Part shown: piece after piece, positions 13,335-25,853 of the stretch | Layout of the letters: each line of letters begins with the position of its first letter | Position numbering within the stretch: the first letter of the stretch is position 1 | Source of the DNA: Octopus sinensis | Lineage: Eukaryota | Direction of reading: 5' to 3' | Assembly: GCF_006345805.1 (NCBI RefSeq) | Contig: NC_042998.1 | Location: forward strand, 92,256,001 to 92,320,000 | Length of the DNA stretch: 64,000 bases | Notes under the pieces: model-generated | The model's input: the letters and a program-made list of their open reading frames with translations, nothing else | The model's database searches: none | Told to the model about the DNA's origin: nothing | Translations under genes and position numbers: made by a program

Positions 13335-15713
13335 TATTTTCAGTTGATATTGAACTCATGAATTTTGTTATTTATTCTGGTTCTGTTTATATACAGCATT
13401 TGTTTATAGGCAAAATAAGCTATTGTCAGGTTACTTAAGTCTTAGATTTTGTGTATAAAAAAGGAAAACAAAACCATCAACATATTAACCAAATGGCTGA
13501 ATTCTATATTTCAAATGCTACTCTAAGTCTTGGTGAGTGTAATTACAATTCATGTTAGTATTAGTGAGAATAAATTAAACCAAGTTCTAAGACCCCTTTG
13601 TCTTTTATGATATAACTTGATATTTTAGCAATAAGCAAACTTGCCACTGTTTTCGATGTAGGTGAAACTATAATTAATTTGAAATTTTTAAGAGTAATCT
13701 TTCTCTTCAAATCAACAGTGACTACTTTGTAAGTTAATGTTTCATGCTTAGTTACCATAAGGATCAATCATAGTAGGTTAAATAGGAAATTTTCTAAAGT
13801 TTTAAGCTTGATTAAATTCTTTTATAATTGAAGTCAACATTTAGTTTACTATTATTATACATTAATCAGAAATCTCATTTTCAGTAATTATCTGAAAATG
13901 TGTCCTTTGTTCTAAATTTGCATTTATAGTTATTCTGTGAAATAATTTATATTCTGCTTTAAGTCTTTGGAGTGAATAAGTATTTGAAGCATGCCAAAAC
14001 TTCTTGTCTCTTTATTTTGATGACTATTTCAGTTTTAAAAGTTTTGTGGATTATTGTGTATATTGTATTGAGTGAATCAGAAATAAATTAAGTTTATGGA
14101 TATTGCACTAATAATGATTTGATGGCTTATTTGATAAATCTGTAAAATGAATATGAAATGAATTATATTTAAATGAAATTATTTAAAACCAGAAAGTTAC
14201 CAAACTAGGTTTGTTACTAAAGTATTTTATCAAATTTCAAGTAATCAAACTATGTGAACGATGTTTGCTGATGCTGAGATATAATTCAAATATAGAAAAT
14301 GATTCCTATCAGTGTGAGTTTGAATCTGAGCAAGAATATTCAAGAATATTTGGAGTATAAATTTACATGAAATTTTGATGGAAGGTTTTAATTTAAATCA
14401 CTTTAAAACAGGAAATTTAAATCATTAGAACCTGGGTTGGTCTGAAGGTGGCTTGGTATTAAAAAGGTTAAACCTTTGCCTGGTTTAATGCCATTTACCA
14501 GAGAAAGGTTGTAGGTGCTAACTTTCTTCTTCCGACTAAGGGTTAAAAATAACCAAAAAAGCTATTCGTTCTACCCTGACATCTAACTTTCCTTGGTGCT
14601 ATATGTAAGAAAAGACATGTTCATATAAAATTGATCATTGCTTGGAATAACTTTCCAAGTGAGTCAATAATGCTAGCTCTACAAATTCACTTTAAAATAG
14701 ACTGGACATATTGAAAAGTTATTTTTATTAGCAACTTAATCAGTATATACAAATATTTTGTTGATGAAATTATAAGTTATCAGGTTTTCTTAAGTTTTCT
14801 TCCCTTCCTCCATTTTAAATTTCATGGTTGGACTTTTCATAGATAGAATCTGTATAACACCACTCTTGTAGCTGAAGTAAATTCTATTCTGTCTGGTGTT
14901 ACTGCTGAATAAAATTACAGCTATTTTGCAGTATAACACCTGTTAAACATATGGGGCATTCTTGCTTGCTGGAATGGTGCCAGATGATACATAGCATTTG
15001 TTAAAATAACCACATGTGCATCAGATTTCCAAACAGAGAGAGATTATTAGAAATCATATTTCTAAAACGCATTTTATTTTACTACTTCTATTTGTTTTTT
15101 TTTTTAATGTTTTTATATATTTCACATTTTTATATAATTGCATCGATATTTGAAATGTCCATATTATTTTGAATGATAACATTGACATGTATTTTTATTG
15201 ACCTTTCATTTTGTAGATTTTATTAAGCTCTGGCTATGTTTGGGCAATGCCATCACAGTTTAGGATGCATTGACTGTTAATATTTACTTCTGCTTCCATG
15301 ATTATTATAATCTGATATGGTTTCATGATTGGCATGATCCAATATGGTTTTACATAGTTTAAGGGTATCAGTACTGAAAAATATCAACCTGCTGAGGTAT
15401 TGTGATCCCTTCAGATCAGTTTCTTTTAACTTCTTTTTCTTTCTCTCTTGAATTTCTTTCACAAATATCATTCAGGAATGCCCAAACTCAATATTTCTGT
15501 GAAAATAAACTAACTTACATTCTCTGTGAGCTCTTTGATGAACTAGAAATGTCTAGTTTTATAAAGTGAAGTGCAGAGAAGTTGTTGAAAGTTACTTATA
15601 CATTGTATTCTACAATGCAAGCTATTCTTTCAATCATGACATTTTGATACACAGGGTGACATGTTCATTTAAATAGGCTTAACTGCATCCACCCCACAAT
15701 ATACTACTTCCAG

Positions 15714-15932
15714 GTACACACCCCATTGATATATTCTGGGTGCACAACAATGCAGAAATTGTACCAGATGGAAAGATCTACAAGCAGATCAGCTATCCCC
15801 ATAGTGATGGTACTAGCTTCATACATAAACTCTTAATAGAAGAGTTTCTACCTGAAGATGCTGGTGAATATGTATGTGAGGCATATAATACGTATGGTGA
15901 CACAGATACCTTTTGCCGATTGACCATTAAAG
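15714..15932 (+). CDS. MYLK: MLCK-like exon (rest of Ig domain 2), phase 1-1
   Basis: ttccag|GTACAC...AAAG|gtagga; 219 nt; GTHPIDIFWVHNN...EDAGEYVCEAYNTYGDTDTFCRLTIK (DxGxYxC motif). Confidence 0.93.
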
Positions 15933-18837
15933 GTAGGAAGTTACAAGAAATATGCTAATAGTGCTATTTCTGGTGGTGGTATTCAACTTATTCAAGAAAA
16001 TTAGATAAAGCTATTTATATTAATTTTACTAATAATTAATGGAAACTGCTTGTTTACTAATGCTTTTATATCATTCTTCATTGTTATAAGTATGCTCTTT
16101 CTATTTTATTCTTTGAATCACAATGTTTATTATTGAAGCAGGGAAAAATAATTTAGATGCATAATCTAGTTGAACATTTTAAAATACCTTTGAATTAATT
16201 ACGACTCAGTAATTATTTTTGTTTTGAAAATTCAATCATAAAATAAAAATTAACCAAATTAAATTGATTTTAACTTCAATATAATAAAAAAGTGCATATT
16301 CTCATTTTAGCATGTAACTATAACCAGAACTGGATTAATTTTATTTTCAACATACATTTTGGCTGCAACTTATATATTATCAGCTTGCATTTTGGTTTAA
16401 AAACTGAAGTTGTTTTAATCATGTAGATTTTACTCACAAAACTAATGACAGCTGTTCTACCTTCTTTACTTTTCAAAGCTACTCATTGAATTGCAGGTAG
16501 TACATCTTTATAATTTAATACAGTAAACCAAATAGTACTTTAGTAGAAATTAGTTTCATGCATTGGAAATATATATTAGAAAATGTTATATCCTTTAATC
16601 AAAATATAAATCTTGAAAAATATATTATTTTATATTTCTAAGTTTACATTTAGCTCATAATTTAAGGGCATTGAGAAATATGAAAATAAACTTTTATAAA
16701 GTTGCTCCGATGCAAAAACAACTAAAAGTAACAGCTTACTATACATGTATATGAAAAAATAAATCCTACATGAATTGAACCACACATCTACCATGTCCTG
16801 AAGCCGCAATATCATTACATTCAAGTATTTAACTAACTTTCAATGTATGCATGCCTATATCTATTGTGCGCGCACACACACATGCCTATATCTATTGCGC
16901 GTGCGTGTGCACACACACACATACATACACACATCTCTGTGAAGCCAAGTGAGATCACAGTCATGTAACTGACACCTGTGCCAGTGGCATGTCATAGACA
17001 CCCACTACACTCTTGAGTCAGCATTAGGAAGGCCATAGAAACTATGCCAAACCAGATTGGAACCTGCTCCCAAGCTCATCAGTTTTCAGTCAAACTGTCA
17101 ACCCATTCCAGCATGGAAAACAGACATTAAATGATGATGATTATATGTGTGTGTGTGATGATTACACACACACACACACACATGCATATTGTGTTTTAGA
17201 AATTACTTAGAATACCAGACCATTTTTACTTAATTTTCTCTAGTTTTCTATCACAGCTTGTGCTACTTCACTGCTATATTTATTTCAGTCTTATTTATTA
17301 AATATATTTTTTATTTCTTTTTTTGTTAACACTGACTTTACTATATAGATAGGAATTATACCATGTAACCTGTCACTTTCAAAGACATTTTTACCAATAT
17401 GCTTCATTCTGAGGTAGCATGAACACTGGCATACTGGGTTTACTCCAAAGTCTCACCCATGAGTCTTACATGTACAAATATAAAGGTAGAACTAAACTGT
17501 AAATTCCTAAATGCTCATTTATTAGGTTCTAAGTAAATGTTATTGAGCAGCTGTAGTTTTTTTATTTTTTTATCTGTGATGATCTGGAGAAAAATAAAAT
17601 ATCGATGTCACAGATTTTTAGTTGAGTATTAAATTGAAGATATAAAAATGTTTGTAATTTGGGTACCTATCATCAGTAAATATTAATTAATTTTAATTTG
17701 TTTTATAGAAACAGATATAAATTTATTAGAAATGATTTTGTGTTTACACACACACACACCATAAGTGAATTTGCCTTTGGAACATTTTAACTAACCTAAA
17801 GTTTGCTCGTATATATACATATATATATATATATGTGTGTGTGTGTATAATGACATATTATTTTAAATTAATGTTTAATAATACCAATTTACCAATGAGT
17901 CATATGCCTCTTTTCTGTCTTTACTAAAAGTTCCTGACTTCTGCTAACATTTGTCTCATCCTGATATTAATAATATATTAATTTGATGGTAGTTCTCTTT
18001 TTCTCTCTCTCTCATGTACATTAATATTGTATTTAAAATTGTTCAGTTTTATGTTTTTATTTTCAGCTGAAAGCTTCCTGTTATTATTACATATTGACTT
18101 GATTTAGTTATGAAGATGTCAACATAATTAGTATGATCATTATCTTGATATTTTTTTCACATTCTGCTAATAGGAACAAGATTCTCAATGGATTAATTAG
18201 ATTTCTTAATTTATCAACTAATGTATTATTTTCATCAAGTTTCATAATTCTTTTCTCTTTGCTTAAGAAATCGTATTCCCACAATAATGTCATTTATTTG
18301 TTTGTTTATCTCATGTTTACTGTAAATTCAATATTGAGTTAAGCAATTCTTTCTTTCGAATGTTTGACTACTTTTGTCTTTAAGTGTTCAATACTATTAC
18401 CGTTGGTATCCATTGCTTCTTGTTCCACATTAGTTTTGATGATACTTTACTGAAGAAGCTTTTCAATAAAGTCTTTTGCTTCTTTCAGAATCTCTCAATA
18501 TCTGTCATTGATTGTATTAAACATTGAGTAGTTCTGACTTACTCTTCTGCTCTTTGTGTAAACAGACTTGACAGACTTTCTTTATGTAAATAGACTCAAC
18601 ATTAAGGCTGGAGAGGAATTCAGAAAGAGAAAGAATTCATAGATTTACATAGATTTTTATCAGATTACAATCAAAAACAGTTAATGACTGAATAACATTG
18701 CATTCATCATCATCATCTAATATTAAAACAACAAAATTTATAAATAAATGAATGAATAAAAAAAAAGGTTTTTCAAACATACTCCTCTCATATTCATTAA
18801 CAGCATGAACAAGATTAAGACTTGAAAATATGATACT

Positions 18838-18885
<48 letters not shown>

Positions 18886-18910
18886 GCATACACACACACA
18901 CACACACATA

Positions 18911-19653
18911 CCGTAAAAACCCATATAATTTATGCATTTTTTTTCACAAAAATAAAAATAAACTTTAGGGGTGCATAAATTACATGAGTAGATCGTTTCA
19001 GAAATTTTTTTGTTGAAAAAAGACATAGAAAACGTAAGCATTCATACCAGAAGTTGACTCATTTAATGTCAGAATAAGTTTGTACAGGTATAAATTTACT
19101 AAAACCTTTAAATGGTTAACTACTTTTTGAAGTCTGACGTTCATGCTGGTAATCATGGTCCAGGCCATATTTTATATATTTTACTTGGTTGAATAAAGTG
19201 TCATCCATGCTAATGTTTATTGGTAATTAAACTTAATTTTGCAATACTTGTGCTTCTTTATCAGCTTTGTTTTTGTTGATAATTCTTAACAACTTTTCCT
19301 GTGATTTGAGAAGACATACAGCAGTATGCTAAAAATCGGAGATAATCTCTTGTGGGCAAGAAAAGTAAAATAAAGTTTATTATAAACAACACAAACACTT
19401 CGTAATTTGTTAACTTTTAATGTGATAACTGTTAAACATGAATTACTTTTATTTAATGAAAATTTAATAAAATCTAATCGTAAGTGAAATTATGCTAAAT
19501 ACAACTAAATTGAAACCTTTTCCCTCTGGCCGTATCAGTAATTCTGAAAACTTTTAGGTGCAAATTTTACATGAGTAGAAGCTTTTTAAAATTTTAATCC
19601 TGAAATCACCTGCGTAAATTATACAGGTGTGCAAATTACATGGATTTTTACTG
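18911..19653. mobile_element. pogo/Tigger-like MITE
   Basis: ta-ccgtaaaaacccatataattt / aaattacatggatttttactg TIRs; repeated subterminal tgc(a/g)taaattacatg-like motifs. Confidence 0.7.
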
Positions 19654-19697
<44 letters not shown>

Positions 19698-20352
19698 CAT
19701 ACATACATAGTCAGTTTGAGGATGTAGTGTCCTTCTTAGGGATTATAAAATCCAGAGATCAACTGATATATAGGGAGAATTCTTTCAATATATAGGGATA
19801 AACAGTCTAATATACATTTTTTACTATAAGAAATGGAGAAAAAATGTACTGCAAAACACATAACTGTCTATTTTTCAACTCCCTAATAGCTTTTTAGAAA
19901 GTTTTGATTAGTTAATAGTTCCCCCATTACTCCTTTGGCACCCCTCTTACTTTTCTAGCAAACTATTTACATTATGTACAGATACTTAACATATGAATAT
20001 GTGGCCCTCATTCATCTTATCTAGTCAGTTTTTTTACCACCAACTTAATTCCTGTGAAAAATATGTAAGCATTAGCTTTTTGCACGAGACTGCCTTGAAA
20101 ATATCTGGTCATTTTGTTGTTATTTTTTACATCTAAAACTCTTAACATGGTTAGAACCCTGTGGATCTGAAGCACTGTCTACATAGTGTCCAGATTGAAA
20201 CATGTGTAGACAATTCTTATGCTTATTTTATGTTAATGTATGTTCATTTAAATTTTATTTGTATTTAATTACTTGCTATGTTCTTATTGTGATGCAAACA
20301 AAATAAGTATTCACAATATTTTTTCTCCATTTTCTTATAGTAATATATATAT

Positions 20353-20461
20353 GGCCTGCTCGCTTAGCCAGCGGGGTGGCGTTATTTGAAGGCTAAAACA
20401 ATGTAAACGCATTGTGACCAGCGATGTGTAACAACATCTGATGGTCTGGTCGGTCACGTGA
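20353..20461 (+). mobile_element. 5'-truncated SINE (family C) 3' end in a TA microsatellite
   Basis: ggcctgctcgcttagccagcggggtggcg...ggtcggtcacgtgat followed by (AT)n; GC/CpG-rich island recognised as a SINE 3' end. Confidence 0.6.
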
Positions 20462-20632
20462 TATATATATATTGCACGTATACACACACACATATATTCG
20501 TATACACACGCATTTATTTATACATATATACTCACACATGTACACATACATGTGTTTATATACACATACACACACACATACATACATAGTTGAAATTTAC
20601 AGAAAAACAAGACAGACAGGTGTATGAACAAC

Positions 20633-20666
<34 letters not shown>

Positions 20667-20681
20667 TTTTATGCATGTATG

Positions 20682-20722
<41 letters not shown>

Positions 20723-20784
20723 GCATACATACACACACACATTTGCAGAAAAATATTATGAACGTGTTTTAGGGACTAAATAAT

Positions 20785-21050
20785 TCTTGCATGGTCTAGT
20801 AGTTAGGGTGTTGAATCCACGATCATAAGATTATGGTTTCAATTCCCAGGCCAGGAATTTGCGTTCTTGATCAAAATACTTTTTTCTGTTGCTCCAGTCC
20901 ATTCATCTGTAAATGAGATCTGGCAATAACTGGGAAGTTAACTCTGTAATGGACTAGCTCCCAGTTCAGTAGGGTGTGTTGTAATCTCAGTCACTCAGTG
21001 AACCCTGGAAATTAGGTTAATCTCCAGCCTCATGCATCCTAGTGCTCACG
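20785..21050 (+). mobile_element. Old tRNA-derived SINE (family D)
   Basis: tRNA-like head (tggtctagtagttagg...ggtttcaattccc) plus a gctccagtccattcatctgtaaatgag core; related copy at about 42540-42680. Confidence 0.55.
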
Positions 21051-21550
21051 ACAAATCTAAGTCTAAATTTATATATTTTTCTACTTGTAAATACTTCATT
21101 TACAATTGACTAAGTGAATAATGTATCTTATAGTTTGCTTTAGTAAATTTGCATGGAGAAAAAGATGAGACAGAAAATCATAGTTTCTGGGAATATTCTA
21201 CAAACATAGTAATCCAAAGGGGAGCTGGGTGGAAAAAAGCTCAAAAACACAAAATGATGAAATTTTAGTCTCTGGGATTGAAAAACCAAAAAAATTTCAA
21301 AGTAATGGTGGCTGGTAGTGTATTCAATAATTTAATATCCTAAGAGACTTTCTAATTGGAGAATAGTCATGAAGCAAAAGGTAAACGACACTAACATACC
21401 AATTCTTTATAACCGCTTCCTCTCTTATGTTAAAGCTACAATTGGTGTTCCTTTGCATTGGCAAGCTGCAGAGAGGTTCCAGTCAAGCTTCCTAGATGCT
21501 CACACTTGTTTGTGTGATTTCTATAGTTTGTAAAATTCATGGTTTTACAG

Positions 21551-21586
21551 GTTCAGTATGGAAACTTCGTACTCGTTCTCGGTCCA
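21551..21586 (+). CDS. Candidate 36-nt cassette exon of the MLCK-like gene (or alternative terminal exon to 21597)
   Basis: ttttacag|GTTCAGTATGGAAACTTCGTACTCGTTCTCGGTCCA|gtaata; phase 1-1; GSVWKLRTRSRS; three CpGs in 36 nt of an otherwise CpG-poor intron. Confidence 0.45.
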
Positions 21587-22687
21587 GTAATAACTGAAAT
21601 CTAAGCTTCAAATCTGGGTATTAATCATTGCCAATCAGTAAAAATAGGCATATCTGAAAATATAAGTTACAGTAAAAACTAAAACAAAATGCACTTGCCC
21701 AAAATACTATGTGTGTGTGTGTGTGCACATGCCCACATACACACCATGCACATGCTTTTATACATGTGCACAAACATACATGTATAAATTCACAATTTCT
21801 GGTAGTTAGGGATACTCTAAATTGGAATAAAGTTCACCAAAGATGTGATTTTAAGTGCAGTGTAGGGTATGTTTAGCTACAGGTTGCTACACATGGGGTT
21901 TATGCCACAATTGGTGTAAACCACAAATTCCAGGCTAAAAATTTTGTAAATTTGATGCTAAATTTAATTTTTACTTTTGTAAGAAAGTCTTTCTGTCTGT
22001 CTGTGTGCGCGCACACACACACGTGGTAAACATGTTAGTGTTTACTGTCCATTGTCCCTCACTTCAGTTTAGACAGAGCATGTCTATCAACTCCATTGTT
22101 ATTATCTTAACATCTGGCTCTATGTTTGTGTTTGCTGGAAGATGATGTTGGAAAATCCCTCATTGATAACATCAAGCATTCAGCAAATATTGTGTGTGAG
22201 AAATTACAGAATGATATAGCAATGATGTATACCATTCAGGTTAAAATATTGTAAATTTATAGTGCAAACTTATCTGCTTCGAAGCCATGCATCTTGATAC
22301 TTTGTATAGATTACAAATACTTTAGCTATGTCTGAGTTGGTCTCCTTCCTTGTAAAACACCTACATGCTCATATTATACTTCTAACATGTAATGATTAAT
22401 TTTTTTTTTCAGAGTGGCACAAATTGACTATTGTGAAATACTTTTCACTCATAATGGCAATGAGAAGATAGTTCTAACATATTTAAATATAGTATAAGTT
22501 TAATATTTTTTTCTATTGACACATTTAGTAGAATTAAATATAAAATTATGAATGATGCTTTTTATTTTAAGGAATTTTGAATTTTATTCAAGAGATGGAT
22601 GTTGATATTATTCTACAGGTTTGTGTTATTGTAGATATATCTAATATTGAAGCATGTCCCTATCTATAATATTTGTTATACTTACAG

Positions 22688-22837
22688 AAGGTCATACTAA
22701 AAGCCATGATTCTCCTCAAATACTTGAACTGATCCCGAGTGAACTGTCAGTGAAAAGTGGTGAAGCTGCTATGTTTAGTGTAAAGCACACAGGAGAGAAG
22801 GTGAAATGGTACCGAGGACGGAAAGAAGTTGAAGCAG
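22688..22837 (+). CDS. MYLK: MLCK-like exon (start of Ig domain 3), phase 1-1; tandem NAGNAG acceptor
   Basis: ttacag|AAG|GTCAT...GCAG|gtaatt; 150 nt; GHTKSHDSPQILELIPSELSVKSGEAAMFSVKHTGEKVKWYRGRKEVEA. Confidence 0.9.
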
Positions 22838-22916
22838 GTAATTTATTGCATGAGACTGTCTTGGTGTTGCATTGCTTCTGTGATATTTATGTAACACTTG
22901 ATGAAATGTAGCTTAA

Positions 22917-23126
22917 CTCTTTAGTATTTAAACTGGCCAAATATTCTACTTGTTTTGTGTTGAAACCAGCCAGATCCAGTCTCTCACACTTATCTTACAA
23001 TGTCATTCTAAAACTTAAACAATCACATCATCAAAATCTTGAAGCTATGAGATTAATTATGATTACTTCAAAACAATGTAAATAAATAAGCATCACATTT
23101 GACAGAGTAAACTGACTACTAATGGG
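22917..23126. mobile_element. piggyBac-like (TTAA) MITE, family 1
   Basis: ttaa-ctctttagtattta ... actaatggg-ttat; homologous to 41753-41970. Confidence 0.7.
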
Positions 23127-24299
23127 TTATCCCTTGTTTTAGAGATTCTGAATAATGATCTTTACACACTGGTATGACTAGTTAAGAAGTTCTGTTAGCA
23201 ACTAAATGGTTTCATATTCAATCTCACTATACAGCATCTTGGGCAAATGTCTGCTACAGTAGCCCCATGCCAATCAGTGGTATGCAGGCATTACTAATGA
23301 GATGCCAACTTTACTGGCGTAGTTGTGACTTGGATGCAAAACAATCACATTTTCAACGAGTCTTTTATGGCCAGCTTGCTCATGGTAAGTGTTGTTTCAG
23401 CATTACAGAAGTGATATAAAGACTTTCTGACAACATTGGGCTTGTAATGTTGTGGAGTGAAATTAAACTTTATATGAATCAGCTCCACAATTTAATATCA
23501 AATTACAGCAGTTGCATTTGAAAACACATATCACACATCTTCATCCCACATGAGACATCAATATTAGTTTTAATCACATCTACTCCAGGTTTCATGGTGC
23601 AGACGAGTTATTAGAAATATTTTGGAAATGTGTGGACTGGGAATTATTTTTTTTCCCCTGTATTCATTTGAGCAGTAATATTAGAAATTCTCACTAAACC
23701 CTTTTCTACAATAGAAATAAAAAGTAAAATAACAAAGCTTATGCAGAGTAAGTGTTGTTAAAGTTGAGTAAGGCTCTTTTAAGTAAAGCAATGATGATTG
23801 AATTCATATTTTTAGTTTGAAGTGTAATGCATCAATGAATGTGTGCTCGTGTAATCAAGCAAAGAATGTGGTGCTGGATTGGACACACTCTCAAAAGGTT
23901 TCAGAACCATTTTATCTGGCAATCCCTCTGGGGGAACCTATGAGGATAAAAGCCAAGGCAAGTCAAAGAATGTCTGGTGACATGACCTAGAAAATGAAGA
24001 ATATTAAAATGGAATTGGGGTGCAATTGGAGAGAAAGAAAGAGGTGAGGAGAGGGGAATTATCAATGGCCTATGTCCCAGGGAGAGCCAAGGGCCTAAAT
24101 GAGTGAGTAAGTTATGTATATTCCTAATTATTGAAGCCATGTCATCATTTAATATCCATGTTCCATGGGTTGAACAGTTTGATAGGCTCCAATGCGCCCA
24201 AAGACTGCATTGTGTTTTGGCATGGTTTCTAAGGTTAATTGCCCTTCCTAGTACCAACCACTTTACAGTATGTACTGGAGGATTTTTTCATGCTACCAA

Positions 24300-25480
24300 C
24301 ATTGTTGAAGTTGTCATACAGCTTGCTAGATTCTGAACCCTCTGTGTAGGGAGGAGGGCAGCTTTATGCTTGGAGAATAAGAATGAGAAAGGGTTGAAGT
24401 ATGAGAGAAAAGGGCTGGAGCAGGAAAGTTTCTTCTGGTGGAGGAGCTTCATTACTACTCACATTTTAGAAGAGAGTGTGGGAGTGACCAGGGAGGAGCT
24501 AAAAATATCTTTTCACTTAAACAACAACACACATTATATTATACTTGCAAATAGAGATTAGATAAAATTGTTAAAACAGGGGTAGTTTTCTGCAGATAAA
24601 TAGTTTGGTACATATTTAAACAATTGATTAGATTTTAGAATAGAGATCTCAACAATTGGATGTAATGTTATGTGCCAAGAACATATATTTCTTGCCAAGG
24701 ATAATTGATTTTTAAATTAGAAAGACAATTAAAACATCTTTTCCAAAATTTCAGTTTTAATTGACTGACTGATATTAAAAGGAAACTTTGAACCCAATTT
24801 ATTTATCATTAGGTTCTATGGTCAAAATGATATATTTAAGTCTTGTATTTGAATCTTTGTCAACAGCTGTTGGTAGAATAAGGTTTGTAGAGAAATCTGT
24901 AGATACTTGTTGTGACAGCATTGTAACAAGTAATGTCTAGTCTTATGGACAAAAAAATATGCAGAGCCCACAATGTGAGATTTTTCTCAGCATGTTTTTA
25001 TGTCAGACATGGTCAGAACTCCTGCTGATGTCAAAGACAATAACATTGCATTTACTAAGAACCCCAGGTGATAGTTTCATAGGAAATAGATCTCCAATAG
25101 ATATCAAGCTGTGGAAGTTTTACTAGCTGTCAATAAGACGCAAAATAATAAAGCAGGTGGTTGTTTATAAATATTTAAATAATTTTTTGATGGGCGATTG
25201 GCATGGTCAGAGAAGTTTTAGAGTTGAATGACATATTTGTGTGTTTTTGTAGATTTGTGTTGTTACAATATAAAAATTATTATATTTGATGAGAATTAAG
25301 CCAGGGAAGTTAGCACAGTGCTTGAGGTTGACCAGCATGGAACATTTTTGAGACTGGCTGTCATATTGGTTTGAAATGACTCAAGCAGTTTTCATTCATA
25401 GTGCCTATATGCATGTGAAGGGGAGACAGGATGAGAAAGATTTTGAGAGGGTTGTGCATGTGAATACTGAAACCAGAAAC
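24300..25480 (-). mobile_element. Decayed LINE reverse-transcriptase fossil
   Basis: Minus strand 25038-25000 reads VFDISRSSDHV*H (cf. RT motif LDISKAFDRVWH); boundaries approximate. Confidence 0.55.
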
Positions 25481-25632
25481 AAAGCAGGCAACATGTATGG
25501 TGATGTGACTTTACTTGCATGAATGCAGCTTATGAAGAATATGAATGTTTCCTTTATTGTGCAAGTTATTTTGTATATTTCTGAGTTTTTAATCTATTTA
25601 TACTTGTATGTTCCTCATTTTTATTCATTTAA

Positions 25633-25853
25633 TCCTTTGGTTACCATATTTTTGCTGAAATACACTGCCTTTATTCCAGTTAATTTTGTAAATAATGAAG
25701 AATTTAGTAAAATAACTTTGTCTTTATTAATCTGGTGTTTGGAATTTAAATAAACATGAAATTTTGATGGACAGTTTTAATTTAAATCACTTTCAAACAG
25801 CAATTTGCATCATAGACCCGGGGGCAGTCTCAGGTGGATTGGTATCAAAAGGT
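25633..25853. mobile_element. piggyBac-like (TTAA) MITE, family 2
   Basis: ttaa-tcctttggttacc ... ggtatcaaaaggt-ttaa; reverse copy at 31639-31858; partial copy at about 14330-14470. Confidence 0.72.

Noticed and set aside
15711-15719. cag|gtacac as a recursive-splicing site
   Set aside because: It is simply a coding exon beginning with GT, and the regenerated donor is poor.
16483-16500. 18-nt aag|ctactcattgaattgcag|gtagta microexon
   Set aside because: In the required phase 1 it contains an in-frame TGA, and the acceptor is weak.
16851-16910. ~31-bp tandem duplication atgcctatatctattg(t/c)gcg
   Set aside because: Ordinary slippage next to a CA microsatellite.
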